Below are positions 9,512-20,000 of a DNA stretch of 40,500 nucleotides, one piece after another; the stretch's first letter is position 1, and each line of letters opens with the position of its first letter. The stretch comes from Escherichia phage P151: the sequence record PP083182.1, one strand, 5' to 3'. The position numbers and the translations under genes are program-made. The notes below the pieces were generated by a model. It saw only the letters and a list, made by a program, of their open reading frames with translations, did not search any database and had not been told where the DNA came from.

Positions 9512-10546
9512 ATGGCTAACATGACTGGTGGACAACAGATTGGTAAGGACCAAGGTAAAGGCATGAGCGCTGGTGATAAACTGGCTCTGTTCCTGAAGGT
9601 CTTCGGCGGTGAAGTTCTGACTGCATTTACCCGTACCTCCGTAACTATGAACAAACACCTCGTGCGTTCTATTCAGTCCGGTAAGTCCGCGCAGTTCCCT
9701 GTGCTGGGTCGTACCAAAGCTGCTTATCTGCAACCGGGTGAAAACCTCGATGACAAACGTAAAGACATGAAGCACACTGAGAAGACCATTAACATTGATG
9801 GCCTGCTGACTGCTGACGTTCTGATTTACGACATCGAAGACGCAATGAACCACTATGACGTGCGTTCCGAATATACCGCTCAGTTGGGTGAGTCTCTGGC
9901 TCTGGCTGCTGATGGTGCGGTTCTGGCTGAAATGGCTAAATTGTGTAACCTTCCGGCTGCTTCCAACGAGAACATCGCTGGCTTAGGTACTGCAAGTGTT
10001 CTGGAAGTAGGCGCTGCGGCTGACCTGCAAGGCGACCAAGTTAAGCTGGGTCAGGCTATCATTGCACAGTTGACTCTGGCTCGTGCACGTCTGACTAAGA
10101 ACTATGTTCCGTCTGCGGACCGTACCTTCTACACCACTCCTGATAACTACTCTGCGATTCTGGCGGCTCTGATGCCTAACGCTGCAAACTATCAGGCGCT
10201 GATTGACCCGTCTACCGGTTCTATCCGCAACGTCATGGGCTTCGAAGTTATTGAAGTTCCGCATTTGACCGCTGGTGGTGCTGGTAATGACCGTGAAGAT
10301 GCACCTTCTGAACAGAAACACGCATTCCCTGCGACTGCTACTGGCAATGATAAGGTTGCTCTGAACAATGTGGTCGGTCTGTTCTGCCACCGCTCTGCCG
10401 TTGGTACTGTTAAGTTGAAAGATATGGCGCTGGAACGTGCTCGTCGTGCCAACTATCAGGCTGACCAGATTATCGCTAAGTACGCGATGGGTCACGGTGG
10501 TCTGCGTCCTGAAGCAGTAGGTGCGCTGGTTTTCAAAACGGCTTAA
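9512..10546 (+). CDS. Major capsid protein gp10A (344 aa)
   Basis: MxxMTGGQQ-x-G, GDKLALFLKVFGGEVLTAF, SAQFPVLGRT, LIYDIEDAMNHYDVRSEYT, ERARRANYQADQIIAKYAMGHGGLRPEA match T7 gp10A. Confidence 0.98.
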   Translation: MANMTGGQQIGKDQGKGMSAGDKLALFLKVFGGEVLTAFTRTSVTMNKHLVRSIQSGKSAQFPVLGRTKAAYLQPGENLDDKRKDMKHTEKTINIDGLLTADVLIYDIEDAMNHYDVRSEYTAQLGESLALAADGAVLAEMAKLCNLPAASNENIAGLGTASVLEVGAAADLQGDQVKLGQAIIAQLTLARARLTKNYVPSADRTFYTTPDNYSAILAALMPNAANYQALIDPSTGSIRNVMGFEVIEVPHLTAGGAGNDREDAPSEQKHAFPATATGNDKVALNNVVGLFCHRSAVGTVKLKDMALERARRANYQADQIIAKYAMGHGGLRPEAVGALVFKTA

Positions 10547-10671
10547 CTTCTCGCAAACTCGTAGGGGACACTGAGTCTCCTACTGAAGTTGAGCAAGAGC
10601 TAACGCCACAACAGAAAGCTGCTCGTACTCGTGCTGCTAACAGAGCGGCGAAACTGGCTGCTGAACAGTAA
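9512..10671 (+). CDS. Minor capsid protein gp10B, made by -1 ribosomal frameshift near 10528..10534 (G GTT TTC)
   Basis: Heptamer GGTTTTC lies 4 codons before the 10A stop; the -1 frame is open to TAA at 10669..10671 and encodes ...TPQQKAARTRAANRAAKLAAEQ, resembling the T7 10B tail. Confidence 0.6.
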
Positions 10672-10686
10672 GTAAACTATATGAAA

Positions 10687-10724
10687 CCCCTTGGGTGCCT
10701 TCGCGGGTGCTTGAGGGGTTTTTT
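10687..10724 (+). terminator. Tphi-like late transcription terminator
   Basis: CCCCTTGGGTGCC-TTCGCG-GGTGCTTGAGGGG stem-loop (with G-U pairs) followed by TTTTTT, directly after gene 10. Confidence 0.85.
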
Positions 10725-10744
10725 CGCTACAAGGAGGATACACT

Positions 10745-11335
10745 ATGCGTTCCTATGAAACTACCCTAGAGACGGGAGAAGAGTTGTCTGCTATAAATGA
10801 CATCTTGGCATCTATCGGTGAATCGCCTGTCTCCACTTTGGAGGGTGATGCTAACGCTGATGTTGCTAACGCGCGTCGAGTGCTCAATAAGATTAACCGT
10901 CAGATTCAGTCTAAAGGCTGGACGTTCAACATTGAGGAAGGACAACAGTTACTCCCTGATGTGTTTAACGGATTGATTCCCTATATGTCCGACTACCTGT
11001 CTGTACTCTCTGAAGGTGGAGCGACTGCCTATGTGAACCGTGGTGGATACGTCTTTGACCGGACCACTGGTACTGACGTATTTCAGAACCCTATCACAGT
11101 GACCATTATCAAACTGAGAGAGTTCTATGAGATGCCTGAGTGCTTTCGCCACTGGATTGTCACTAAGGCCGCTCGCCAGTTCAACAACCGATTCTTTGGT
11201 GCGCCTGAGATTGACGCGGTGTTAGCTGAAGAAGAACAAGAAGCGAAGATGCAGTGTCACGAGTATGAACTGGACTTTGGTAGCTTTAACATGCTTGATG
11301 GTGATGCCTTCACTGGTGGTCTGCTGTCTCGTTAA
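10745..11335 (+). CDS. Tail tubular protein A gp11 (196 aa)
   Basis: Same length as T7 gp11; [13 protein letters not shown][13 protein letters not shown], [12 protein letters not shown] and [12 protein letters not shown] conserved. Confidence 0.95.
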   Translation: MRSYETTLETGEELSAINDILASIGESPVSTLEGDANADVANARRVLNKINRQIQSKGWTFNIEEGQQLLPDVFNGLIPYMSDYLSVLSEGGATAYVNRGGYVFDRTTGTDVFQNPITVTIIKLREFYEMPECFRHWIVTKAARQFNNRFFGAPEIDAVLAEEEQEAKMQCHEYELDFGSFNMLDGDAFTGGLLSR

Positions 11336-11357
11336 TAACAACATAAGGAGGTCTCTA

Positions 11358-13745
11358 ATGGCTCTTATTTCACAATCCGTCAAGAACCTGAAAGGCGGTA
11401 TCAGTCAACAGCCAGACATCTTAAGGTTCCCCGAACAGGGTGCCGAACAGATTAACGCTTGGTCGTCTGAGACTGAGGGTCTTCAGAAGCGTCCACCTTT
11501 TGTCTTCACTAAGACCATTGGAGACCAGAATGCCCTTGGTGCCAAACCTCTCGTTCACCTCATCAACCGAGATAGTGTCGAACAGTATTACGTAGTGTTT
11601 ACCGGACAGGGTGTTCGAGTGTTCGACCTCAATGGTAAAGAGTATGCTGTGAAGGGTGACTTGTCCTACGTCAAAGTGGGGAATCCTCGTGACGACTTAA
11701 GGATGGTCACAGTGGCTGACTATACGTTTATCGTAAACCGTAACATGGTTGTGCGCGCTGATACTACCCCGTTGTACACACTCAAAGAGAATGGTGATTG
11801 CCTTATCAACGTCCGTGGTGGTCAGTACGGTCGAACCCTAGCGTTCACTATCAATGGCGTAAGGATTTCCTATAAGATTCACAATGGTGTTGGCGATGGT
11901 GCTGAACAGGCAGTACAGGAGACTGACGCACAGTGGCTAGTTAAGAAACTTGCTGGGCTTGCTCGTGCACATGCTTCCTTTAAGGACTGGACGTTCAACG
12001 AAGGTCCGGGGTTCATCCACGTCATTGCCCCGGCTATCAGCCAGATTAACTCACTGTCCACAGAAGATGGCTATGCGAACCAGTTGTTGAATGCAGTGAT
12101 GCACACCAGCCAGTCATTCAGTAAGTTGCCAATTGAGGCTCCTAATGGATACACAGTGAAGATTGTGGGTGACACCTCTAAGACTTCAGACCAGTTTTAC
12201 GTTCAGTATGACAACGTGAAGAAAGTATGGAAGGAATATGCAGGCTGGGGAGTACAGAAAGGACTCAACGGAGGTACTATGCCACACGCTCTCGTGCGCC
12301 AAGCTGATGGCTCATTCCAGATGCAGGCGCTTCCGTGGTCACAGCGTACTTGTGGTGACATGGATACTAACCCTACTCCGTCTATCGTTGACCAGAAGAT
12401 TAATGATGTGTTCTTCTTCCGTAACCGCTTAGGGTTCCTCGCTGGTGAGAACATTGTGATGTCACGTACCTCCAAGTATTTCTCACTGTTCCCTGCATCC
12501 GTAGCTAACCTGTCAGATGATGACCCAATCGACGTTGCCGTGTCCCACAACCGAATCTCAATCCTGAAGTACGCTGTACCGTTCTCTGAAGAGTTACTCC
12601 TATGGTCAGACCAAGCACAGTTCGTACTATCTGCTCAAGGTATCCTATCCCCGAAGACCGTAGAGTTGAACCTCACGACCGAGTTCGATGTGTCGGACCG
12701 AGCGAGACCTTACGGTATCGGACGTGGTGTTTACTTTGCGTCACCTCGTGCTTCCTATACGTCACTGAATCGCTACTATGCGGTACAGGATGTTAGCTCT
12801 GTGAAGTCCGCTGAGGACATGAGCGCACACGTACCGAGCTACATTCCTAATGGTGTGTTCTCTATTCGTGGCTCCGGTACTGAGAACTTTATCTCCGTGC
12901 TGTCTACCAATGCTCCTAGCAAAATCTTCCTCTACAAGTTCCTATACTTGAACGAAGAAGTGGTACAACAGTCATGGTCCCATTGGGAACTTGGTAGTAA
13001 CGTAACGGTTCTGGCATGTGACTCTATCGGGTCCACCATGTACCTTGTGTTGCGAAACCAGTCCCACACTTGGATGTGCCGTGCTCACTTTACGAAGAAC
13101 AGCATTGACTTCCTTGAAGAACCTTATCGCATCTACATAGATAACAAGATGGAGATAACAATTCCAGAAGGCTCCTACGATGATGCCACGTATGAGACTG
13201 TTATCTATCCCAGCCACTTCTACGGAATGAAGAACTATCTAGGTAAGTTCTACATTGTGTCGATGGATGGTAAGGTAACAGGGTTTGATGAGCCTCATGG
13301 TGGATGGCCTGATGGTGAACCTCGCTTGGCTCTTAGTGGGAACCGAGAGGGAGAGAAGGTATACATTGGACTGGCAATTGACTTCCGCTACGTGTTCTCT
13401 AAGTTCCTCATCAAGAAGGCAGCAGATGATGGCTCAACATCTACAGAGGATATAGGCCGCTTACAGCTTCGTCGAGCGTGGGTCAACTATGAGGACTCAG
13501 GCGCATTCGTTGTGGAGGTAGAGAATACATCCAGACTGTTCAGATATGACATGGCAGGTGCCCGTTTGGGTTCCAATGCGCTTCGTGCTGGGGGCCTTAA
13601 CGTAGGGACTGGTCAATTCAGATTCCCTGTGTCTGGTAATGCCAAGTTGAACGAGGTTCGTATCATCTCTGACCACACCACACCACTGAACGTTATTGGT
13701 TGTGGCTGGGAGGGTAACTACCTTCGTCGTTCTTCCGGTATCTAA
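11358..13745 (+). CDS. Tail tubular protein B gp12 (795 aa)
   Basis: Start at the ATG after AAGGAGG; MALISQSVKNLKGGISQQPDIL N-terminus and overall length match T7 gp12. Confidence 0.95.
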   Translation: MALISQSVKNLKGGISQQPDILRFPEQGAEQINAWSSETEGLQKRPPFVFTKTIGDQNALGAKPLVHLINRDSVEQYYVVFTGQGVRVFDLNGKEYAVKGDLSYVKVGNPRDDLRMVTVADYTFIVNRNMVVRADTTPLYTLKENGDCLINVRGGQYGRTLAFTINGVRISYKIHNGVGDGAEQAVQETDAQWLVKKLAGLARAHASFKDWTFNEGPGFIHVIAPAISQINSLSTEDGYANQLLNAVMHTSQSFSKLPIEAPNGYTVKIVGDTSKTSDQFYVQYDNVKKVWKEYAGWGVQKGLNGGTMPHALVRQADGSFQMQALPWSQRTCGDMDTNPTPSIVDQKINDVFFFRNRLGFLAGENIVMSRTSKYFSLFPASVANLSDDDPIDVAVSHNRISILKYAVPFSEELLLWSDQAQFVLSAQGILSPKTVELNLTTEFDVSDRARPYGIGRGVYFASPRASYTSLNRYYAVQDVSSVKSAEDMSAHVPSYIPNGVFSIRGSGTENFISVLSTNAPSKIFLYKFLYLNEEVVQQSWSHWELGSNVTVLACDSIGSTMYLVLRNQSHTWMCRAHFTKNSIDFLEEPYRIYIDNKMEITIPEGSYDDATYETVIYPSHFYGMKNYLGKFYIVSMDGKVTGFDEPHGGWPDGEPRLALSGNREGEKVYIGLAIDFRYVFSKFLIKKAADDGSTSTEDIGRLQLRRAWVNYEDSGAFVVEVENTSRLFRYDMAGARLGSNALRAGGLNVGTGQFRFPVSGNAKLNEVRIISDHTTPLNVIGCGWEGNYLRRSSGI

Positions 13746-13773
13746 ATAGAAATACCCCGACTCAATAAGTGAA

Positions 13774-13796
13774 CAATACGACTCACTATTGGGAAG
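13774..13796 (+). promoter_or_regulatory. Phage RNAP promoter phi13 (CAATACGACTCACTATTGGGAAG)
   Basis: 22/23 consensus match between genes 12 and 13. Confidence 0.8.
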
Positions 13797-13825
13797 GGGG
13801 TGTTTATACTTAAAGGAGAAACTCT

Positions 13826-14239
13826 ATGTTAATAATCAGACCCACCAAAGAATCCGACTTCGAGAGATTCACACCGTCACCGGAAGACATCGCTGAGGCA
13901 AAAGCCTATGGCATTGAACCTAGCTTTCCACCAGCCTCTGAGTGTGTCACTATGTCACTTCATGGGATGCCAGTAGCTATTGGTGGTAACTGTGGGGACC
14001 GAGTGTGGTTCGTAACGTCTGCTGAAGTGTGGAAATTGAGTATGAAGACCCGAAGAGAGTTCCGAAAGCTCATTCTGGAATATCGTGATACCATGCTCAA
14101 ACAGTATCCGATTATCTGGAACTACGTTTGGGTCGGCAACAAGTCCCACATTAGGTTCTTGAAGTCCATCGGTGCGGTGTTCCATAATGAGTTTACTGGT
14201 GACAGTAATCAATTCCAACTATTCACAATAGGAGGTTAA
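13826..14239 (+). CDS. gp13-like virion assembly/internal protein (137 aa)
   Basis: ORF with AAGGAG RBS after phi13; size and synteny as T7 gp13. Confidence 0.6.
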   Translation: MLIIRPTKESDFERFTPSPEDIAEAKAYGIEPSFPPASECVTMSLHGMPVAIGGNCGDRVWFVTSAEVWKLSMKTRREFRKLILEYRDTMLKQYPIIWNYVWVGNKSHIRFLKSIGAVFHNEFTGDSNQFQLFTIGG

Positions 14240-14241
14240 CT

Positions 14242-14784
14242 ATGTGCTGGGTTGAGGCAATCCCTATTGCTATGCAAGGCACTTCCATGCTTATGGGAGA
14301 AGTACAAGCTAATCATGCAAAAGCTGCACAGATTGACCAAGGTCGCCGTCAAAGCTGGCAGATGATTAAGGAGATGAACTATAACGACGCTAACCTAAAG
14401 TTAGAATCTCGTGACCTAATTGACTCTACTGTCCAAGACTTGACTCAAGCCAACATGAACCGAGTGAGGAACATGGGGACAGTCCGAGCGGCTATTGGTG
14501 AGGGAATGCTTGAGGGTAACTCTATGGAACGTGTAGCTCGCGTTACTGAGGGTGACTTCCTTCGAGAGTCCCAAGGTCTCACTGAGAACTACAAACGTGA
14601 CTACAGTGTCATCTTAGGGAAGCGTATTGCTAACCGAGAGAACACAGTGAGTCAAATCAACGAAATCAACAAGTCAGAGCCTAAGCTCAAAAGTGGACTT
14701 GAACAAATCATGGGCCCGTTACTTATGACATCGGGGGCGCTGGCTAGTGTTGCTATTTCTAAAGGTTCCAAAAAAGGGGGGTAA
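14242..14784 (+). CDS. Internal virion protein gp14 (180 aa)
   Basis: MCW-x-AIPIA N-terminus and RAAIGEGMLEGNSMERV-x-RVTEG resemble T7 gp14. Confidence 0.9.
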   Translation: MCWVEAIPIAMQGTSMLMGEVQANHAKAAQIDQGRRQSWQMIKEMNYNDANLKLESRDLIDSTVQDLTQANMNRVRNMGTVRAAIGEGMLEGNSMERVARVTEGDFLRESQGLTENYKRDYSVILGKRIANRENTVSQINEINKSEPKLKSGLEQIMGPLLMTSGALASVAISKGSKKGG

Positions 14785-14788
14785 GAAA

Positions 14789-17068
14789 ATGAGCAAGTTA
14801 GCACAAGCATTAGGCAATATGGGTGCTCCTGCTGTAAGCCGACTCCGTGGTACTGGACGAGTGGACGTAAAGGCCGCGACTGTCTATGAAGACCCAAGCT
14901 ATGCCAAGAAGTCTGCACTGATTGGTACTGTGGGTAAGCTGGCTGAGATGGGTGCTGACGCATATATGAAGTATGACCAGTATCAGAAGGATAAAGCAGA
15001 CGAACGCTCAAACGAGATTATTCGCAAGCTGACTCCTGAACAACGTCGAGAGGCCATTAAGAATGGAACCCTGTTATATCAGGATGACCCATACGCGATG
15101 GAAGCACTTAAGGTGAAGACCGGTCGTAACGCTGCATATCTCGTAGATGACGAAGTGGCACAGAAGGTTAAGAACGGTGAGTTCCGTACTCGTCAGGAGT
15201 TGGAAGAGTTCCGTCATAGCCGACTACAAGAAGCCGCTAAGAACTATGCGGAACAGTTCGGTATTGACGAGACTGATGAGTTCTATCAGAAGGGATTCAA
15301 CTCTGACATCACTGAACGTAACATCGCCCTCTATGGTGCTCACGATAACTTCCTGAGTGACCAAGCTAAGAAGGGTGCTGTCATCAACAGTCGCGTAGAG
15401 TTGAACTCTGTGTTGAACGACCCGGAAACCCTACGTTCTCCGTATGCTGGTGATTTCTTTGAGAACTACTTCAGTGCTGGATTGACGACCGGTAGTATCC
15501 CTAGCGATGACCAAGCGTTCACAATGATTAGCCAAGGTCTGTCTGACGTGGTAAACCGTGAAGGTGGTGGTCAGTTCCTGCAACAGATTGAGAACCGTAA
15601 GGTGAAACTCCACGGAAAAGAGACAACCTTCAAGGAACTGATGGGTGCCGAACAGTGGAACAATCTGATGGTCAAGGCTCAACATAATGAGTTCCAGTTG
15701 AATGCTAAGAAGACCGAGGCGTTCCAACTTAATGTGAACTCTGCGTTGAACCAAGAGAACGTGAACATTGGCTGGGAACAGTTGCAATCCATCAAGGCTG
15801 AACTGGACACACTGCAACCGGGCGAAGAGATGACACCTGAACGTCAGGCGTTAATCAATGCACAGACGCAGATGCAGGACAGGATGAAGCGGGAGACTGC
15901 TGAGTTAGCCAAGCAGATGGACAAGCAACAGAAGTCGATGAACAAGATGAATGTCATTGATGCACAGTTCCAGAAGCGACTCAATGGTCAGTACGTGTCT
16001 ACTGCGTATGGCGATATGCCAACCAACGAGAACACTGGTGAGTTCACTCATAGTGATATGGTTAACTATGCTAACAAGAAGCTGGCTGACATTGATGCTA
16101 TGAACATCCCTAATGAACAGAAGGACCGAATGAAGCTGGACTACCTCAAGGCTGACTCCGAGAAGGGTGCTTTCCGTACTGCGGTTGGTGAACTGATTGG
16201 TGACGCTGAGAAGGAATGGACGTCCGCTGTGATTAACGGGAAGATGCCAGAAGATGGTGGTGTGGCTCTCAATGCCCTACGTCGCGTTCGTAATGCTGAC
16301 CCTGAGTTATTCGCTGCGTTGTATCCTGATAAGGCTGAGATGTTCCTCACTATGGACATGATGGACAACCAAGGGATTGACCCGCAGATTCTCTTAGATG
16401 CTGACAAGGCTCGACAGTCTCTTACCAAAGAGATGCAGTACGAGGATGACAAGGCATGGGCTTCCCTGAAGAACAACTCACAGTCTCCTGAACTGTCCCG
16501 TATGCCAGCCACATTGGATGCTGGTGCTCGTAAGATTTACGACTCCGTTAAGTACCGCACAGGTAACTCCGATTCGGCTATGCAACAGGTCGATAAGTAT
16601 CTCAAAGAGAACACAACGACTCTCACTGCTGATGGTGTTGATGGTGATACCATTGGTGTCTTGACGAGAAACTCTCTGCGTGTGACCGATGACCCGGACT
16701 CTTGGAAACAAGGTAAGGACATCATCGACCAAGCCGCTAAGAAACTCGCTGAGACTAACCCTTGGGTGACTAACAAGCAACTCACTGTGTTCGAGCGTGG
16801 TGACTCTATCTACCTGATGGATACAACCGGACAGGTAAACATTCGGTACGACAAGCAGTTGCTCTCGAAGATGTACCAAGAGAACCAAGCGAAGCTGGAC
16901 GAGGAAGCCCGTAACAAGGCACTCAAAGATGCCAACAAGCGAACCCTACATACACGAGCTATGAACCGCAAGCGTGAACGTGAAGCTAAGAAGCCTAAAC
17001 GCTCTGGCAGCATGTACGATAGCGTGAGTGGTAAAGGTATTCTGGATACGCTGACTGGTAAAGACTAA
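14789..17068 (+). CDS. Internal virion protein gp15 (759 aa)
   Basis: Start at the ATG after GGGGGG; DERSNEIIRKLTPEQRREA-x-NGTLLYQDDPYAMEAL and NTGEFTHSDMVNYANKKLA match T7 gp15. Confidence 0.95.
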   Translation: MSKLAQALGNMGAPAVSRLRGTGRVDVKAATVYEDPSYAKKSALIGTVGKLAEMGADAYMKYDQYQKDKADERSNEIIRKLTPEQRREAIKNGTLLYQDDPYAMEALKVKTGRNAAYLVDDEVAQKVKNGEFRTRQELEEFRHSRLQEAAKNYAEQFGIDETDEFYQKGFNSDITERNIALYGAHDNFLSDQAKKGAVINSRVELNSVLNDPETLRSPYAGDFFENYFSAGLTTGSIPSDDQAFTMISQGLSDVVNREGGGQFLQQIENRKVKLHGKETTFKELMGAEQWNNLMVKAQHNEFQLNAKKTEAFQLNVNSALNQENVNIGWEQLQSIKAELDTLQPGEEMTPERQALINAQTQMQDRMKRETAELAKQMDKQQKSMNKMNVIDAQFQKRLNGQYVSTAYGDMPTNENTGEFTHSDMVNYANKKLADIDAMNIPNEQKDRMKLDYLKADSEKGAFRTAVGELIGDAEKEWTSAVINGKMPEDGGVALNALRRVRNADPELFAALYPDKAEMFLTMDMMDNQGIDPQILLDADKARQSLTKEMQYEDDKAWASLKNNSQSPELSRMPATLDAGARKIYDSVKYRTGNSDSAMQQVDKYLKENTTTLTADGVDGDTIGVLTRNSLRVTDDPDSWKQGKDIIDQAAKKLAETNPWVTNKQLTVFERGDSIYLMDTTGQVNIRYDKQLLSKMYQENQAKLDEEARNKALKDANKRTLHTRAMNRKREREAKKPKRSGSMYDSVSGKGILDTLTGKD

Positions 17069-17091
17069 CAGACCACGATAGGAGGTTCCAA

Positions 17092-20000
17092 GTGGATAAG
17101 TATAACCCGAACGAACCGCATGAATATGATGCGTTATTTCAACAAGCTGCTGACACACATGGAGTCTCCTATGGCCTTCTTCGGAAGGTCGGTTGGGTAG
17201 AGTCCCGATTCAAACCTACGGCCCAATCACCAACAGGGCCACGAGGTGTCATGCAGTTCACTAAGGCAACTGGACAGGCTTATGGCCTACAGTCTGATGA
17301 GGACTTCAACGACCCGGCTAAGTCCATTGATGCAGGTGCTCGTTACCTTGCAGACCTCGTTAAGAAGTACAATGGCGATGAACTTAAAGCTGCCCTAGCG
17401 TACAACCAAGGCGAGGGACGTAATGGTAAACCTCAATTGGAAGCCTATGACTCCGGTAACTTTGCTGGTATCGGTGACGAAGGGCGTAACTATCTTCGCT
17501 CACTTCTGGATGTCGCTAAGTCTCCGAAGAGTGGTGACATTGAGTCCTTCGGTGGTATCACCCCAAAGGGTAAAGGGATTCCGTTCGATGCTGCTATGAG
17601 TGGTATCGGGAAGAAAGGAAAGGTAACAACTGAACTCCCTGAGTCTCACTCAATGTCCTTTCAAGGTAAAGAACAGGCCGCTCCCAATCAGCCGTTCGGT
17701 AAAGACTATTGGGAAGCAAAGGGAACAACTCTTGACGAAGCCAATGAGCGTTCAACCTTCTTCGGATTCGGTAGTGCTACTGAAGCAGAACTCTCCAACT
17801 CAACCTTGGGTGTTGCCTTCCGTGCTGGTAAGCGTGACAATGGTTTTGATGTGCTCACTGATGTACTTCAACCGACACGGTTTAATAGCCACATATGGTC
17901 GCCTGAAGAACTGGAGAAGATTCGGACTGAAGTAAAGAACCCTGCGTACATGAACGTTGTACTCGGTGGCTCCGCTGAGAACCTTGACGAGCTAATCAAA
18001 ATGGCTAACGAGAACTTCGAGGCTGATGCTAAGGCTGCTGATGCTGGACTTGGTGCCAAGCTGTCTGCTGGCCTGATTGGTGCTGGTGTGGACCCGTTGA
18101 CCTACGTCCCACTCGCAGGGAGTACAGCCAAGGGATTCAAACTGGTGAACAAGGCATTGATGGTGGGTGCTCAAGCTGGTGCACTTAACGTTGCCTCTGA
18201 GGGTCTGCGTACATCCGTTGCTGGTGGTGATGCTCACTATGCGGAAGCCGCTCTTGCTGGTATGCTGCTTGCTGGTGGACTCACTGCGATTGCTGATGGC
18301 GTTTCTGCGGGTCTCCGTAAGGCTGGTACTGAACAGATTGAGAACCCATTTGCCCCAGCACAGATGCGCTTCGAGGCTCGTGAGACTGCTCGTAACACTG
18401 GTGGATATGATGCAAGTCGTATGCCTCCTAGTGAAGACCGAGTGTTCTCACAGCACAACGGCGTGGAGTATGCACCACTGGAAACTGAACCGGGTGCTGT
18501 AGTGCTGCGTGATGGTTCCATTATTAGTGATACTAATCTAGCGAACCCTATGACAGCCAGAGAGTTTGCCGAGGTAGACCCTGAACGTGCTGCTTGGGGA
18601 TTGCCTATGCGTGGCCTGAGTGAAATCGGCTTGAGAACTCTACGTTCCGAACACGCTGAAATCCGAGGTCTCGCTAAGGACTTAGTTCGCTCACCTACAG
18701 GTATGGAGTCAGGCTCACATGGTAAGTTTGGGGCTACTGCCTCCGACATTAAAGAGCGACTGCACAGTACCAACCAGCGAACCTACAATGACCTCTATGG
18801 TGCAATGAAGGAAGCACTGGCTGACCCTGAGTGGTCTGTGGGTATGTTCAAGAGTGGTGCTCAAGGTGCCCGTCAAGAAATCTATCGTCGTGCTGCTGTG
18901 GCTATCGAGAGACCTGAACTTCAGGCCAACTTGACCAAGGCAGAACGTAAGGTGATGGACATCATGAAGGAACACTTTGACCTCAAGCGTGAGATGATGG
19001 AGAACCCATCTATGTTCGGTAACAAGGCCAACTCTATCTTCCCTAACAGTCGTCACAAAGGGACTTACGTTCCTCATGTGTACTCACGGGAAGCCAAGCA
19101 GTTGTACTCACAGGCTCTTGGTGGCTCTGATGGTTTACAGGAAGCAATCGCTGCAAGCTGGATGACATCCTATCGTTCACGTCCTGAAGTCAAGGCCCGT
19201 GTGGATGAGCATTTAGCGGAGACATTGGGTATCGACCCGAAGGCTATAACCGAAGAGATGGTGATGAAACATGCCAGCGACAAGGCTTATGGTATTGCGA
19301 AGACCGATGAGTTCAACTCTTCAAGTGTCATTGACGATAACATTGAGGGTCTAGTTGGGATTGAGAACAACTCATTCCTTGAAGCCCGTAACCTGTTTGA
19401 TTCTGACATGCCAGTCACTCTACCGAATGGACAACAGTTCTCTGTGAATGACCTCCGTGACTTCGATATGAAGCATGTGATGCCAGCATATGACCGCCGT
19501 GTTGATGGTGATATTGCTATCATGGGAGGTACAGGCAAGACTACTACTGAACTCAAGGACGCTATCATGGCTCTTGATAAGAAGTCTGAAGGTAAAGGCA
19601 CAATGAAAGGTGAAGTGGAAGCACTTAAGGATACCGTTAAGATTCTCACAGGCCGTGCTCGCCGTAATCAGGATACTGTAGGTGACACTATGGTTCGCGC
19701 TCTGTCCGATATGTCCTTCTTTACGAAGAACGCATATATGGGCTTGCAGAACCTAACCGAAATCTCCGGTATGTTGGCGAAGGGTAATATTCGTGCGATG
19801 CTTCATGGCATTCCGGTACTACGTGACTTAGCGTTCCGCAACAAGCCAGTCTCTGGTAGTGAACTCAAAGAACTCCACTCTATGGTGTTCGGTAAAGAGT
19901 TCGACCAGTTAATCCGACCGACTCGTCAAGACATCATTCAGCGACTCCGTGAGTCCACTGATACACCTGATGTTGCAGCTAAGGTTGTTGGTTCTATTAA

